Shown here: in pieces, positions 14,591 to 28,800 of the stretch
Position numbering within the stretch: the stretch's first letter is position 1
Layout: every line of letters starts with the position of its first letter
Assembly: GCA_051362555.1 (NCBI GenBank)
Contig: CM120649.1
Location: 6,262,001 to 6,326,000 of the forward strand
Direction of reading: 5' to 3'
Length of the DNA: 64,000 nt
DNA from: Lingula anatina
Taxonomy: Eukaryota > Animalia > Brachiopoda
The notes under the pieces: generated by a model
What the model was told of the DNA's origin: nothing
Database searches by the model: none
What the model saw: only the letters and a program-made list of their open reading frames with translations
Translations under genes and position numbers: made by a program

Positions 14591-15894
14591 AATTCCTTCA
14601 TCGTAATTTTTTTTCTGATCGGTCAACTCCCCACTTAATATTTGTTTCCTATTTACTTGATATTAACGTCGTGGTGAACCACAAGTCTTTTTATCTATGT
14701 CGCGGATCGGGGATACTTGTATTAAGTTTTTCCTCGTATAATCTTTATAATCTCTTTACTGGGGTTATTTGTATGTAAAGATGTTACATTGTAGCAATGC
14801 ATTATCTGTTGTATTCAGTATTATAGTATAGAGAGGTCTTCTTGAGCCTATCATAATTACCAATAATTTTTGTAACAGTTGAGCATACAGGAGATATTTT
14901 TAACGAAATTGAAAAGCATTATGATTAGCCAAAATGATTAAGTCTTAAACATATAAAATGGTACAGAAATACAGCTCCCTCCTGAAGAAAAGAAATATGT
15001 AAAGCAAAAAAATGTAATTCTGCTTTGAAAGAATGGAAATTCCAGAAATATAATATCCAGTGTCGCATACACTGTGTGATAACATTTCATGGTAGATTTC
15101 TACCATATTTTTATTTTTATTCTATTTCAAAGCCGTCTGCCGACAGTGATTCTTCAACGCTACTCATTTATAACGTTTCCACTCAGTTTGACTGAATGTC
15201 TTTTTAATATCAGTTATTACTCCGGAAAATATACCAGGCGTTCTTCAGTTCTAAATAACATGATAACCAAAAGTCGACTCCATTTGGGTATTATGAGCGT
15301 GGAAGTCAAAATAAAACTAACGACTGTCTGCGAAGAGGAGCGCTTTAAGTCTCACATTTGTATGAGGTGCGCAAACGTAGACGTAGTTCTTCTCTGTAAT
15401 CATTATAAACTGAGACGAGTGCTACTGCGCTTGTTTTCTCTCGCTGTCACCATCCTCAAATACTGGTATTAAACACTTACCGCCAGGCTATCTTATTCTT
15501 TGCTGGACCGTTAATAACCATCTTCAGTGTCTAAGTAGCCCTCAATTCTGAGACAAAATAGCATCGACTTAAACGATCCAGGCTCCGGTTTCGATAATTT
15601 TGTGACCCGGGTTGTTTTTTTACCTCAACGTGGTAGACATTTATTCTAGGTCATTAAGCCGCTACCCTGTTATTTAACTTGCTTGATGTATGGGGCCTTG
15701 GGTAACGGCAGGTCTGTGGGGGGAAGGGAGGGGAGGGGGGCTAGATTACCCTCCACTTATACGGGACGTGTGTCTATTTTAGAGGGTTGGTATCATATGG
15801 ATATGTCTGAAGTGATTCCTTTTTCTTTTCTCTTTTCCACGTTCGCTTAAATAACACCAAAAAATGGACGACATTCTTCTTATATTTCCTCCTT

Positions 15895-15903
15895 TCTCTC
15901 TCT

Positions 15904-15946
<43 letters not shown>

Positions 15947-15958
15947 CCTTTCACTCTC

Positions 15959-15989
<31 letters not shown>
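15895..15989. repeat. Interrupted (CT)n polypyrimidine microsatellite
   Basis: Read directly. Confidence 0.95.
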
Positions 15990-17959
15990 TTCTAATGTTC
16001 TTTTTGACTATAGAAACGTATTTTTTTTGTTCCTGAATTCGGTCTTATTTTTTCGCCCACTTGCTAATAATTTACATGAATATTTGCTATCGAGGTGCGT
16101 CTTGTTTGATAATTATGTATAAACTTGACTATTGTCAACATTACGTGAGTCGTTTAGAGATTTGACAGAATTAAAAAAAAAAATTGCTGAATCAACACGG
16201 AACGCACATTGACAACCTTATGTAATTCAATAGATGTATTGAGCTACGTTTTAGCATGACAGTTGCATAGTTTATTACATTGTCTCAGTCAGTGTTTTTG
16301 CCAACAAATAAATAAATAAACAGATGAAACGAATAGATTACAGAAATGCATCGTCTCGACTAAGTATGCTCCTCAATAGCACATCAAGACTATGTATTAT
16401 AACCTAAAACAATCTAGTTTGAGAGGAAAAAACTCTCATAATTTGAAACACCATTTACATCATTTCAGCGAAAACTGATTGTGTATAAACTGACAATTTA
16501 AATGCATTTTTCCAGGCACACATGTACTTTTTGTCTTGTATTTAGCCTCTTTCCATTGTAGATTGTTACTATAAAATGTGTGTGGTCCTTGAGGTTTTTT
16601 TAAGTAACACGGGCCGATGGCAAGAATTACCGAATTACTGAGGAAAAGTAAATGTTTTTGGTTTTGTTATTTTATTTTCTGTAGATGTGCATATTCTTTA
16701 AAAATAGTAACAGTACTGTCTGTTTAATTTCGTCTTCACTGTTAACAATGTCGGATGATCATCCATCAGTTAGTTGATCGTGAAGAACAGTGTATTATAT
16801 CTATCCAGAAAGCTGAGTGTTTATAAAATATATTTTACATTCTTGGACATTACAACTTATACGCACGACTTAGAACTGAATTTCGTTACAAGAGCTGTTG
16901 ATTATAACACATTCTCTTGGTCTATCTGTACGAAAGCTCTCGTAACGGCTTTCGAATTTTCAGTCGTGCGTGTTAGTTTTAAAACTTGAAACATGCCAAA
17001 GCAACAGTTAGGTGTCCATGGACGTATTTTTCATTATAGTCTGTTACAGACACACGTAAAATTCTCTTCATGTTAAAACATTACCATAACAAAATTCATC
17101 ACCTTTTTAACTTTTGACACAAGTAAGGCGACTTGCTTTACTCATCCTTTTTTCTGTCTACGTTGTACTTTTTTTAATGTATATTGTTTTGCGCCTTAGT
17201 TTAACAATGTACAAAGGACGCAGATGGAGACGCGGAGGGGATGTGAACATAACGACACATCATTTTAGTGACATCAGTGTCATAACACAAAACCCAGCGT
17301 CTGTCGCAGAAAGACAAGTAGTGCTTTAAGTGTTTCATTAGCCTAGACCACCCACATGGATACAACATTTGTATTTTCAGGTAAAGGCGGTCAACCGTGG
17401 TGGGATAGTCTGAAGTTTTGAGGTTTGGAGAAAGATTTCCTTTTTTAAGGTAGGCGTTTTATTTTTCTTTGTTAGAGTGTAATTTCCAAGAGAATGGTAT
17501 TTTGAAAAAATAATTTTGAAAACATAAATATTGTGATTTAGTTTTTATATGGCTCTTAAGGGCAAAGGGAGTAAGGTGACCTTTAAAATGTTTTAAGAGA
17601 AGATCCAGTTGTTTTACCAAATATAATTTCCTTAGTGTTTAAATACAAACGAAATTTTCAAAATTAAAAAAGTGCTGATATAAATCGTGATATATTGAGT
17701 GAAAGCAGGCCACAACCGTTTTTAACTCGTTGTGCAATAGACAATCACGTCTTCATAATTTTTCCCCCTTTTCTTAAGTTTTCTTATTGTGAAAAAACGA
17801 AAGCTATCTTCATAGGCACTTGTTTTTTAAATTCTAAGTTAAGTTGTGTAACTGGTATAGCGATGATAAGAAAAATGTCGACTATTATCGATTATTTCAT
17901 AATACGATAAAAATTAATTAAAGGCGGTGGTGGCATTGATAATCTCTGATTTCTGGTAG

Positions 17960-17973
17960 AAAATAAATAAATA

Positions 17974-18009
<36 letters not shown>
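17960..18009. repeat. (AAAT)n(AAT)n compound microsatellite
   Basis: Read directly. Confidence 0.9.
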
Positions 18010-19838
18010 CCCCTTGAACGTTTAACAGTACGCACGTTACGTGTCTCGCGTTAAAGACGCTGTGTTCAAATTTAGAATACTTCATGGTACATAACACATT
18101 TTCCTATAATCATCCTTATAGAGGGGTTTGGAACTTAGTTCTCTCTCCGCTGAATTTTCTGATACATTCTCAGCCGGTTGGCTCTTTTTTTATTTTTTCA
18201 ATGTGAAATATATTTTAATGTCGGTGGTCACAAATTCTCTCCGATAATCATTGTGAAGCGAGGAGGTACATATAAGAGGAGATGTGTCCAATCTATTTCG
18301 TCATTTGAGCCCAGATCCCGTTACCGGGTACACATGTATATGCCGTGTGTATATATGCGGTATATGTGCATGTAGGTATATTTGGAGGTGGTACTTTTAA
18401 CACACTCCCTGAGCCATACCTAGGAACGTTCTGTAGAAACTAACATTTGAGCTGTATAACTGTCGTCTTTATTTTCCTTGCTCTTGAGAAAAAGATAGAT
18501 TTGATTAATCATGAGATATGAATAATTTATCCAGTGATTAAGTTCAGATCTATCGATGCGCATGAACAAAAGGTTTTCTGCTCAGGATCTTCCCGCATAA
18601 TCACATTTTCCTTGAAATAAAAATTCACTATCTCCTACCCATAAATTACTGACATTGACACGTCCTTGCATTGGGATTTCATGTTTTATGCCATTTTTGA
18701 TTAATTGATTTTGTTCTAAAGTTCCCTGTAACCGCCATTTTTAATGTACATTTCAGAAGGGAAATTCTAACATAAGGTACTATAATTTGAGGGATTTTAT
18801 CGGTTTTTAAGGCCTGAAGTGGGAAAGATAAGTACTAGTAGCAGTGTCAATATGTTCGATAGGCATAGAAAATATAAATTTGGGACATTATCAGACTCGG
18901 ATTGTATATCTTTAACATTCAGGAAGCGTAATAAAAGCGAATATGAAAAGTTGAATTTTCAGTTGAAACAATAAAAAATAACAGAAAAATAACCAAGGTA
19001 GATCTAATAGCCATGTCTTTTGAGAAAAATAATGACGTGTATGTAGATAAAGAGTTTCTGTCACTCAATAGTCAAGAAAGAAAAGCAGAAAAATGTTGGT
19101 CTAGTTAGAACTGATGAATTCCTCAACACATTTGAACATATGCTGAAATAATCTAAGCAGTCTTTAATGTACATTAACACATTTGTGCGCATGCCTTTAC
19201 AATATATATTGTGTGTTTATATAGTATAAAAGAGAAGAGAAGAGAATTTAAAACGTTTGAAAAGACATAAAAATTTGAGGTACAAGTAAATCTGAATTGA
19301 GCGTCTCTATCATTATCTTAAAACTACCCGCCATGTTTCGGCTAGCTGTCTGTGCTTTCAGTTTTGTTTTCATTTATTTATTTTTAGTTTTAGTTTTTTT
19401 TTTTTCATTTTGAATAGAATAAGGAAATTGCCTGCCTGTGTAAAATAAATGCAGCTTTAATTAAGCACATGGAAGACCTAAGGCGAAAACATCTCATGTT
19501 TAGTTGTTCGTGTTCGCTTGTTTGTTTGTTTGTTTGTTTTTTTTTTCTGCACCGCAATTAGTATTCTCCTGACAGTCTGCAGTCTGTCTTTTAAAACGGG
19601 CTTCTTATACCGTATTACGCAATTAGGGGTATTTGGCAGCACTTATTTTCTGGAGCATCCTGTGGCTCTCAATAATTCCAATCCCTTCAGGGAAGAACTT
19701 GGACCGGGACCAACATTCCGTTTCGCAAAACGGAGGATTGCTCCCATACTTCTACCTCCCATCTATCAGAGTACAATGTTTTTATATCGTTTCGTTTTTA
19801 ATGCGAGTTGCCCATTACTGGCTGTTGCAGTGTCATCG

Positions 19839-19854
19839 TTGCTAGATGGCGCTG
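19839..19854 (+). promoter_or_regulatory. CTCF-like motif
   Basis: TTGCTAGATGGCGCTG resembles the CTCF core. Confidence 0.4.
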
Positions 19855-22800
19855 TGAGTAAAAGCCAACCAATGAAAAACCTGATCTCATTTTAACAAGA
19901 GTAGAGAATGACACTGGTAAATAATCGAGTTGATATCTTCTTAAATGCAAAAGGAAACTTATCATTTACCAAATGCGTGTACTAGTACAGTTTATGTGTG
20001 AAAGGGACCTTAAGAGAAGAGATATACCAACATGTTTAAGTGCAACGATCACAGAAACGTACCAGTGCAGCGACTTCTGACATTTCACTAGCGTAACTGT
20101 GACGCGCACGCATCGAAATAATGTGACATTGGTTCCACGAGATTTGAAATGACCCACTACAGTGAGGACTCACGGGTGATACCATTCCAGTACTTTTGAT
20201 CGGACAATTTTACTTATTTTGATACCCACACACCATAGGAGAGACGTTGACGTGATCAAGAACTGGATTGCTTTTAATATAGGGAATTGGTGGTTGACAA
20301 CGGCCTAATAGTAATAAAGGGAGGGCGTTGATCAATGTGTATATGTTACGCAGCCGGGACGGAGCGGATGTGGTAGTCGCCAAAGATCACTGCTTTCCCG
20401 TGTCAGTGCTACACAGGCTTGACTTAATGAACCCCCTCGTCAACTAACGGGGCGGGGCTGGGAGCCGAAAATGATGTAAGAGAACACGGATTCTCATTAA
20501 AGTCCCATTATTATGGTCCGCCCCCCTGGATAAGGCAAATTGGCCATCATCACGACAGGAGTCCATTTTTATCGGGGTACCTATCTGGAGTGCACCCAAA
20601 ACCCGCCCTGCACGACAGCCCATTTCATATGTATATGTATCCATCTACCTGCATATTTTATCAAGCCATTTCATCTCAGTCCTTCACTTTACTGACAAGG
20701 TACGTGGTCGAGGCGGGGGTCATTTCGGTGTACTCGTCGTTCACGACCCCGGACGCTCACACCACCATCTGGACATTGTCCACCGTGACAGGGGGACATC
20801 TCTTGGGACGCTATCAATAGACACTTGTGGACGCAGCCGTTTTCAAAAACAGATACCTAAAAGGTAGTAAGGATTTAATCTTAATTAGAAAGAATTAACC
20901 TGGGTTGTTGTAACATCACATACTGGACGTATGTCCACTACGTTTGATACTGTTCAGGAAGTCAGCGGAAACGCACCGAGTGACCAGTAAGGGGCCTTTC
21001 CTGCGAATGTCCAGCTGCAAATGACCATTGATTTGAGAAAGGAATCCTTGAACTGAAGAAATTTAACTGTGAAGGAACTTCTGTCCCAAAAGAGAGAGAC
21101 CAATCCATAAACGTTTATACGTAAGGGGCACGCAGAGTAAGGAAACGGAAACGGCTTGGTGAGTCACCAAGTTTTTTTAAAGTATATGTCTAATTGTTTT
21201 TATATAAAGCTGGTTTTCATTACGAGGCTGGGCAGGGAAGGGTCATATGCATAGAAATGGATAAGCGCCAAACGTGTATTATTCCTCTCCGGTCGTTCCG
21301 TTCTGGGTTAATGCTCAATTTTTGTATGTGGCGATTAATCTATAAACCATTATCCGCACATTGGATTTAAGTGTAACTGTGACACATACAAGCTTAATGT
21401 ATTTTTCAATCTTCTGAAAGATTCCGTGTTTCTTATTATTATTATTATTATTTGTCTCTCCTGGTCAGTGGTGAAAAAGGCTCCCGACTTTTTCATCCAT
21501 TTTGTCCAAAAGTCCCTATTAGCTGACTATTTATATACTAATTATATAAGTCTGTTTGTTTGTTTGTTTGTTTGTTTTAAGTTATAAAACACCCATGGCA
21601 GCGGATGATAAATTGTGGCTCTGTTGTTTGCACTGAATGAACACTAAAGTGAACTTTGTAGCGCACTTTGTGACATGCACGGGGAAAAGAAAGATGATAG
21701 CAGTGATAAATCTGTAAAATGTATTTATTGTTGCGGTGGACACGAAGCCCATTGAGAAGAGTTTACAAAGTCTGGTATTTAATCTTAGGCAAAAAAAAAA
21801 AAAGAAAAAAACTCGCTTTTGCACGATTTTGGCATAGTTATTATTAAAACTATTGATAATTAATGCTTTAGTGAACACTGTTTATGTAATTGAATTTTTT
21901 TTTTTTTTTTCAGTTTTGAATAAGCGTTGCAAAACGTGTAATAAATATCAGCGTACACAAACTTATATTTAACCTATTTTCATTTATATGTTTCCTTGTA
22001 GCTTACTATTCAGCTAACTTATTATGAATTAATGCAAAACATTCGTAGGATGGGAAAAACTTAGAGGTATCATTCGGGGTGAAAATGAAATAATAAATCT
22101 ATGCTTTACCTCATGGGCATCATGACAGATACAGGTAGATTAAAAAAGCGACAGGTGAAAAATTTGAAGAATGAAAACGTGCAAAAATAGAAGAAAATTA
22201 TTCGATGAAAACACGAGAGCTATTCAGGTAGGAGATAAGAGAGGTGCCACAGCGCTGTAATTACGCACTAACACCGGATAACGACTAGGTTGGAACAATG
22301 GAGGTTATCTCTTGACGCAGACGACAGGTGTACTTCGTACATCGTCTGCCGCAAAAGTGACGTTTTCATAAAGAATCGGAGGGAAATTGGGGAAAGTGGA
22401 TCTATAGGAGTTTGTTTTTGCTGCGTAAATTGAATCCCTAACCGTGATTGCGTTTGTAATGACATGTTGTTTCTCCTCCTGTTATAACAATTGCCACGCC
22501 AGGTATAATTCGAGGATCTATCACTTCCTGAGGCAAACCACCTCTGCGCTCGCATTTGGGGATATTGACATACATGTACTTGAAAGACGGAAAGAACTTC
22601 AAGCTACACCACCATCTTTTGTTCGTCATAAACATTGATTATAAACTGTCATTTTTTCTTTTGCGTAGAAACAATGACTGATTACACGTAATTCCTGCTA
22701 CCACGGACTGTTATGAGCGACGATTTGCTATAGGCAGATGTTTTATTACTAACTCCAAGTTGGATGCATTATTTCATTAATGGAAGAAACAATTCCCACT

Positions 22801-25800
22801 TATCTTCTTTGTGATTCTGTGCGTGATGAACTTATTTCCTAAACGGAAAATAAGGAATTAACGAATCTGGGTCATTTTTTTGAAATGTTGGAAAAACTTA
22901 ACATCAGTATAGACAAAATTGTTGCTCAAATGTAAAATAACAGTGCATGTCTGTATGGCGGAATCAGAATTAAGATAGGGAGGATAAGCTACACTAAGAC
23001 AGTGTCGTATTGCGCGTTAAAATCCCGGTTGCGAGAAAAGTAGTCTGTTTGGACCTAAAAACCCAAATTTAATATAAAATAATACGATGTGGATGCAAAA
23101 TACAGGGATGAGATTTTATCGACTATCATCGGATTTCCTACTTTTTGGGAGCCAAAAATATCATCGGCTTATGCGGCCCTTGGACGATTGTTTTCACTAA
23201 ATGGCAGCCTGAAACAAAATAAATAGAAATTCCCTTAATAATGAATCAAAAAAGCATAAGCAGCAACAGGGGTACTTTGCTCTTCTTTAAAATTTATTAC
23301 AGTAATACCATAGCATATTTACTTTTGATTTAATATGTTTTATATTTTATCAAAATGCTTGAATAGTAAATTGATTGTGATTGTTTTCTTCAAACTTACG
23401 TATCTTCATTTAGGAGAACGGGGGAAGATATCACCCATTTATTTTATGCTTTTGCTATTTATTCAGCATTTTCTTCCTCTTTTTCCATGCCGATGTAGAA
23501 AACGAAATGCAATGGAAAGTGGCGTGAAAGATTACGAAACGTGTCAGTTGTTTTACGGACAGCGCATCGTACTTGGAGAGATCTATTTTTTCGAGAAATA
23601 ATAAATAAAATTAAATACACATGAAGATAGATAAATGCACTGACTGATTGAACTGTTTATATATTTATGAGACTGTGATAAACAATCAAACACAATAGGA
23701 TAACATATATTCAAACAAGGAGCACATATAGATTTTTAAAAAAGTCTCTCATTTCAGCAACATGTGCCCACATGAAATAAAAGGTGTACAACAACCAGCA
23801 TCTTTTTTTTTTTTCACATTCGAGATCCCCCTTTATAGGACCCTGAATAGTGGCGTCTTCCAGACGTTGTGGGGGCGCGGTGCTTCATGTTCGAGATAAT
23901 AAATGTTCACGTATCGCTCTCTCAATGCGCCGGTCCTTTTATTGTTGAGGCCAATTATGTACTTAATGTATGATTAAACCATTGATTTATGTGCTAGATT
24001 TACAGGCTTTTTTCTTTTCGTTCACGCGTCAGGTGAAAAAAATGGCCAGTTTGAAGCCAATTATTTACGGCTCCTTGCTACCTTTGGTTCTTTACTTAAA
24101 TGCCAATATGGCTTTATTGAACTGGCCACTGAACATACTGGAGACGACCATACACCGGCCATACGTACAGCGGCGACGACTGGTTTATTACGATTCAGAG
24201 GCCCCAAAGGGAGCAGTGTATTAAAAAAAAAGAGTGGAACCCGATAAATAATAATAATAAAAAAACACGTGGTAAGATAACGGCAGTGAAATTAGCAAAC
24301 TTATGAATAAAATAATAGCAAGACTGGTAAACAGAAAAGAAATGTCATATTTGCCAATACAATGAGGAAAATGTCGTTCGGAGAATGTTTGTGGAAGCGT
24401 GACGAAAGACTGCTTTAATAATAGCACCACCCTGTTTTACTGAATGTTTTAGAGGTATTCTCAAATTCAATATCGTTGCGTACGTCTATTGAATGATCTC
24501 ATTTATAAATAAGTAAATAAATAAGCATCACATACAGATTTTACAATTAACCTTCAATTTATACACAGGGAACAGTACATTAGTGCTAATATTTCCGGGT
24601 TTTCCTCGTCCTTTATTATCAACCACGCACAACATGTTGCGGCATCTGAACTGATGACTGCTTTTTATGTAGATGATAAGACATCTGGTGTCACTTTATC
24701 TTTTATTTCTGACATACTGGAAACTATCTATGGAAATTAGATAAATATCTTTATATATTTTTTATAAAACTCTGTTGACTGTTCCGTCTTTACTTCGTCT
24801 AGATTTGCTTGGGTTGATAATCTCAGAAACGGATGGATCTTATCCTCTATGCAGTTATTGACTTGGCTGAGGTCGTAGTGTTGTTTTGCAAACGTCACAG
24901 ACATACAGTAGTAGCGGCCGAGATCACAATTTATAATTATGCTAATCATCTGATCAAACTGTTTACGTACCCAATGAAACTAATTTCCCCACTTTTTTTA
25001 CTCTTGGATAGTACGTCTATGTCAAGGACAATGCAATGACGTATGTGTGTGTGTGTGGGGGGGGGGGGGGGCATTAATCTGCATTATGGCAAATTGTATG
25101 AAAAAGTTATGTCCACTCGCCCATGAAACGAGAGCTAAAATTGGCTGACCGAATGGTTTAGATCTTGACCGGGGTTTCACCTTAATGACGTCACCTTTCT
25201 GTAAAGACTTCAACACCCTGTACACTGAACGCGGCGTCTTTTCTGCGTCCTTTGTGCCATCATGAAACTGGCATCGGTGTGGTCGTAGAAAGGAGGCATA
25301 AGTTTCTCCTGGTTGCAGAATAAATGCTCAATGATCATTCAATTGTCGGCACGAAAAGTATTATTTTTTTTACTACCAAACGGGGCTGTACTTCGGGACG
25401 CAGAAAGGACGCCGTCCAGTGTAAAAGTGGGTTTAGCGATTTTACAACAGTCCGAATTCCCTCCTAGATTAATAATTACAGACATTTATTTAGCTATGCT
25501 TATCCACACATTTATTTGAGTCTTACATTTGTTTTATACGTAATTTTCAAGCAGTCCACAGCTGCCATCATGATTTATTCCACTAGTTGTACATGCAATG
25601 TAATATTAATTAGGACTTCTTATTGTGCGAAAAAAATCATGTTTAAAAAATATTAGCGACTTGCTCGTCTTTTAGTGCAAATTTTATAAATTTTGTTATG
25701 TCGTTTAATTTCATTTATTTAGTTATATTCATATGAGCGAAATTTGTAAGCAAAAAAGAATAAACAGAAAAAAATAAAATAAGGAATTGTAGTCAGAGAC

Positions 25801-28800
25801 AGTTGAATTGATTCTACAAAATCTGTATTATATAATTAGACTTCAATCTGCCCCTAAAAACGCTTGTAAATAAAATACTTTAATGCACTAGCTTACCTAT
25901 AACAATGCTATCTTAAATTCTATAATATAAAAGTCTATATTAGTTAAGTGAAAAATAAAAAACAACCACCGTTTATCAAACGAAAGACCTTGATGTTTAT
26001 GTAACTAAGAGTTATGGTGTAAATATTCATGCTTAGGTTTTGATCTTTTTATTTCATTAAAAACAAAAAAAAAGTAGTTACGGATATCTAGGTGATTTTT
26101 TTGTTGAGACTTATGTCTTGTTTTACATTCGATTTCGTTTGAATAACAAATACAACGAAAATGCAAAAAAAAAAAATGTATAAAAACATTATGCACTTTC
26201 CTATTCACTGATAGTTAACCATTTATGCAGTAAATTTAAAAAGTATTTCTCATCAAAGGTTATAAAAACGCCAAAAAACAGAGATGATTAAAAAAACAAA
26301 CCAACACATTTTCCTTTAAAACCACCTCAGACTAGCGTTTATTTTTTGCTTAGTTGGATGATGATCGCTCGCGTTTGTACATGTATCTATCTTGTTAACT
26401 GAGCAGCCTGACCATGAATGATAAGGTTTAAAGGTTCCACCTCTCTGTGCTTTAGACGAGCAAACTGTAATCATGTTAAAAGCATTTTGCTGTAAAAGCA
26501 GCGTTGTTCTTCACATTGATGTAGCTAAATAATGCAGGTGTCTTCTTTGTTTAATGCAACGATCAATAAGCTTTTATGGAAGGAAAAACAGATATCTAAT
26601 TGCATGAAATGTAGGACTTCAGCATGCTTTTGGCGACTGGTGTCGGGCCTAATTTATGCAATATGAAATAGGATAATCATTTTTCTTTATGAATCTTCGC
26701 AAATATAGATTAATTGCCCGGTCATTTCTACGTCACACTAGTAAAAATAATAGTGACAATTCAGTTTTATCCTACCGTCACCCTGCCTTAAGAGACAAGT
26801 ATTTTTGTAATGCATACTGTATCCGGTGCAATAAAGTTAGATTTCCAACGATATTTTCTTTAAAAATCAAAACATACGCATTTGTGGTGAATATGACTAT
26901 CAAACATCGCAATCGATGAATTTAATCTTTATTGCAAGCTGCACTTTCTATCAGACACAAGCTTAAAAGCCTACAGGTTGAAAGCCTTTTTATCCTTATT
27001 TATATTTATTTTTTAATTTGCGTTGACAATGTGATGATAACAACGAATAATTTAATTAAAAACAGAGGTTGATTCACCGCACCAATGTCAGTATAGGAGT
27101 GGTTACGTTAAATAATAAATAATTGGCAACACACAAATAAGTTATAATTATGATGATGATGGTCTACTAGTTTTGTGAGCACTTCATGCTCGTACCTATT
27201 CCATGTATTTCCCCTTTTAAATTATAAATTGATATATCGGATGATATGGACGTTTTTGATATTCCAGTACGATAAAGCCGTGAATGTACGCTTAAAGTAT
27301 ATTGCAAAATTTTAATGAGTTTTGTTTAAGATCATGCAAAAAAGGTTTGTTATAGAAACATTCGAAATAGCCAAATAAAATAATTTTACGCCGGATCAAA
27401 TAAGCCGTGCAAAATAAACAATGAACCGTGGAAGCTTTTCCTTGAAATATTTTGAATTTTTAACGTAGAAACTTAAACGGTAGGCTGAAGATTAAGGTCG
27501 AGAGATAATTATTATTTCACTCTTTGGTATTGTAGCTGACGTATATTTCTCAAATATCCGTAGATGGGCTCACTGAAATAAAACGTACATGTAGTCATGT
27601 ATCGTTGAAAATATACAAGTGATGTACAAGAGTCCACATGGAAACTTTTCTAAATTCAATATAGGCTGATGTGCATTTTAAGCACCGAGTTAATTATTGT
27701 AAAATATTATTTTATTTGAGATACGCAACCGTCAGAATGTACTTATATCACAACGGAATTTTTTAAATTATACAAACAATATTCATGGCGGTTTAGCGCA
27801 CCCCAACCTCAGCCCGGGGGGGGGGGGGGGGGTACAAGACGTTACGTAAAGTGAACCTTGATATAGAAAAATCATTCAAGCTGCTGTGTCACAACAACAA
27901 TCACTGTTGTTCTTTTTGTTTTGTGTGTCATGCTTTTTAGGGTGTTTGGTGAAGGAAATCAGTCATTGTCACTCCTTTGCAAAATATTTACTTTTGTTAC
28001 ATATTTCTAGTGTTATTTATAGCTCTGATGTACTGCTTGGTAATTTTGGGTTTCACATTTAAAATACACCAGTGTTACAGATAAACATACCAGTATTATC
28101 TGTTATGAAATATTGCATTCTCTTTAATTTTCATAGCCAGCATATCCTTAGGCAAATTGCTATAGAAAATTCAAGTGCGCGTCATATAATATACATTATC
28201 ACTGAAATTAAGCCTTTGGCAAGTGTAACTATATACTTATATATTCTGTTGGAATTATCGAGCTCCTTATATGTAGAATAAATAAGTTAAATAGTGTTCC
28301 CCAAAGCTGATGGTTCTTAAAAAGAGAAAGTCAGGATATACCATGCGTTTTCATATATCTCTTTGACAAACGACCGAGATAAAATATTGAGATAAGGAAA
28401 TAAAAATAGTTCCTCATGCAATGCGAAGATTTAAGCGCCTGAGGCCAATGTGAAGGGTAAATGAGTGCGAAGTCAATCACAAGAATCCAGTTGTGATGCA
28501 GGATGTCTTTAGAATGTCTTCATTGTTTATTTTCAGTGGCCTATGAACAGGTGTTAAATTATTTTATTTGGCTATTTCGAATGTTTCTATAACAAAAATT
28601 ATATGCATGCTCTTCTGCAAACTCATGGAACTTTGAAATGTACCAATTTGTTCTGGCTAGGTTTAATATGCAGTACAGTTCAGGCATCATAGTTAGTTAG
28701 TATATTTCCTATTTTTGTCTGGCCAAAGCGATACAGTGTTATAGATTGTAAATAGGATTTGACCAATTGCGTACATTAAATATAAACAAGTTGATAAAAA

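Noticed and set aside
22690-22712. RE1/NRSE-like fragment (ACCACGGAC; half-site GGACAGCGC at about 23557)
   Set aside because: Only partial matches to the 21-bp consensus.
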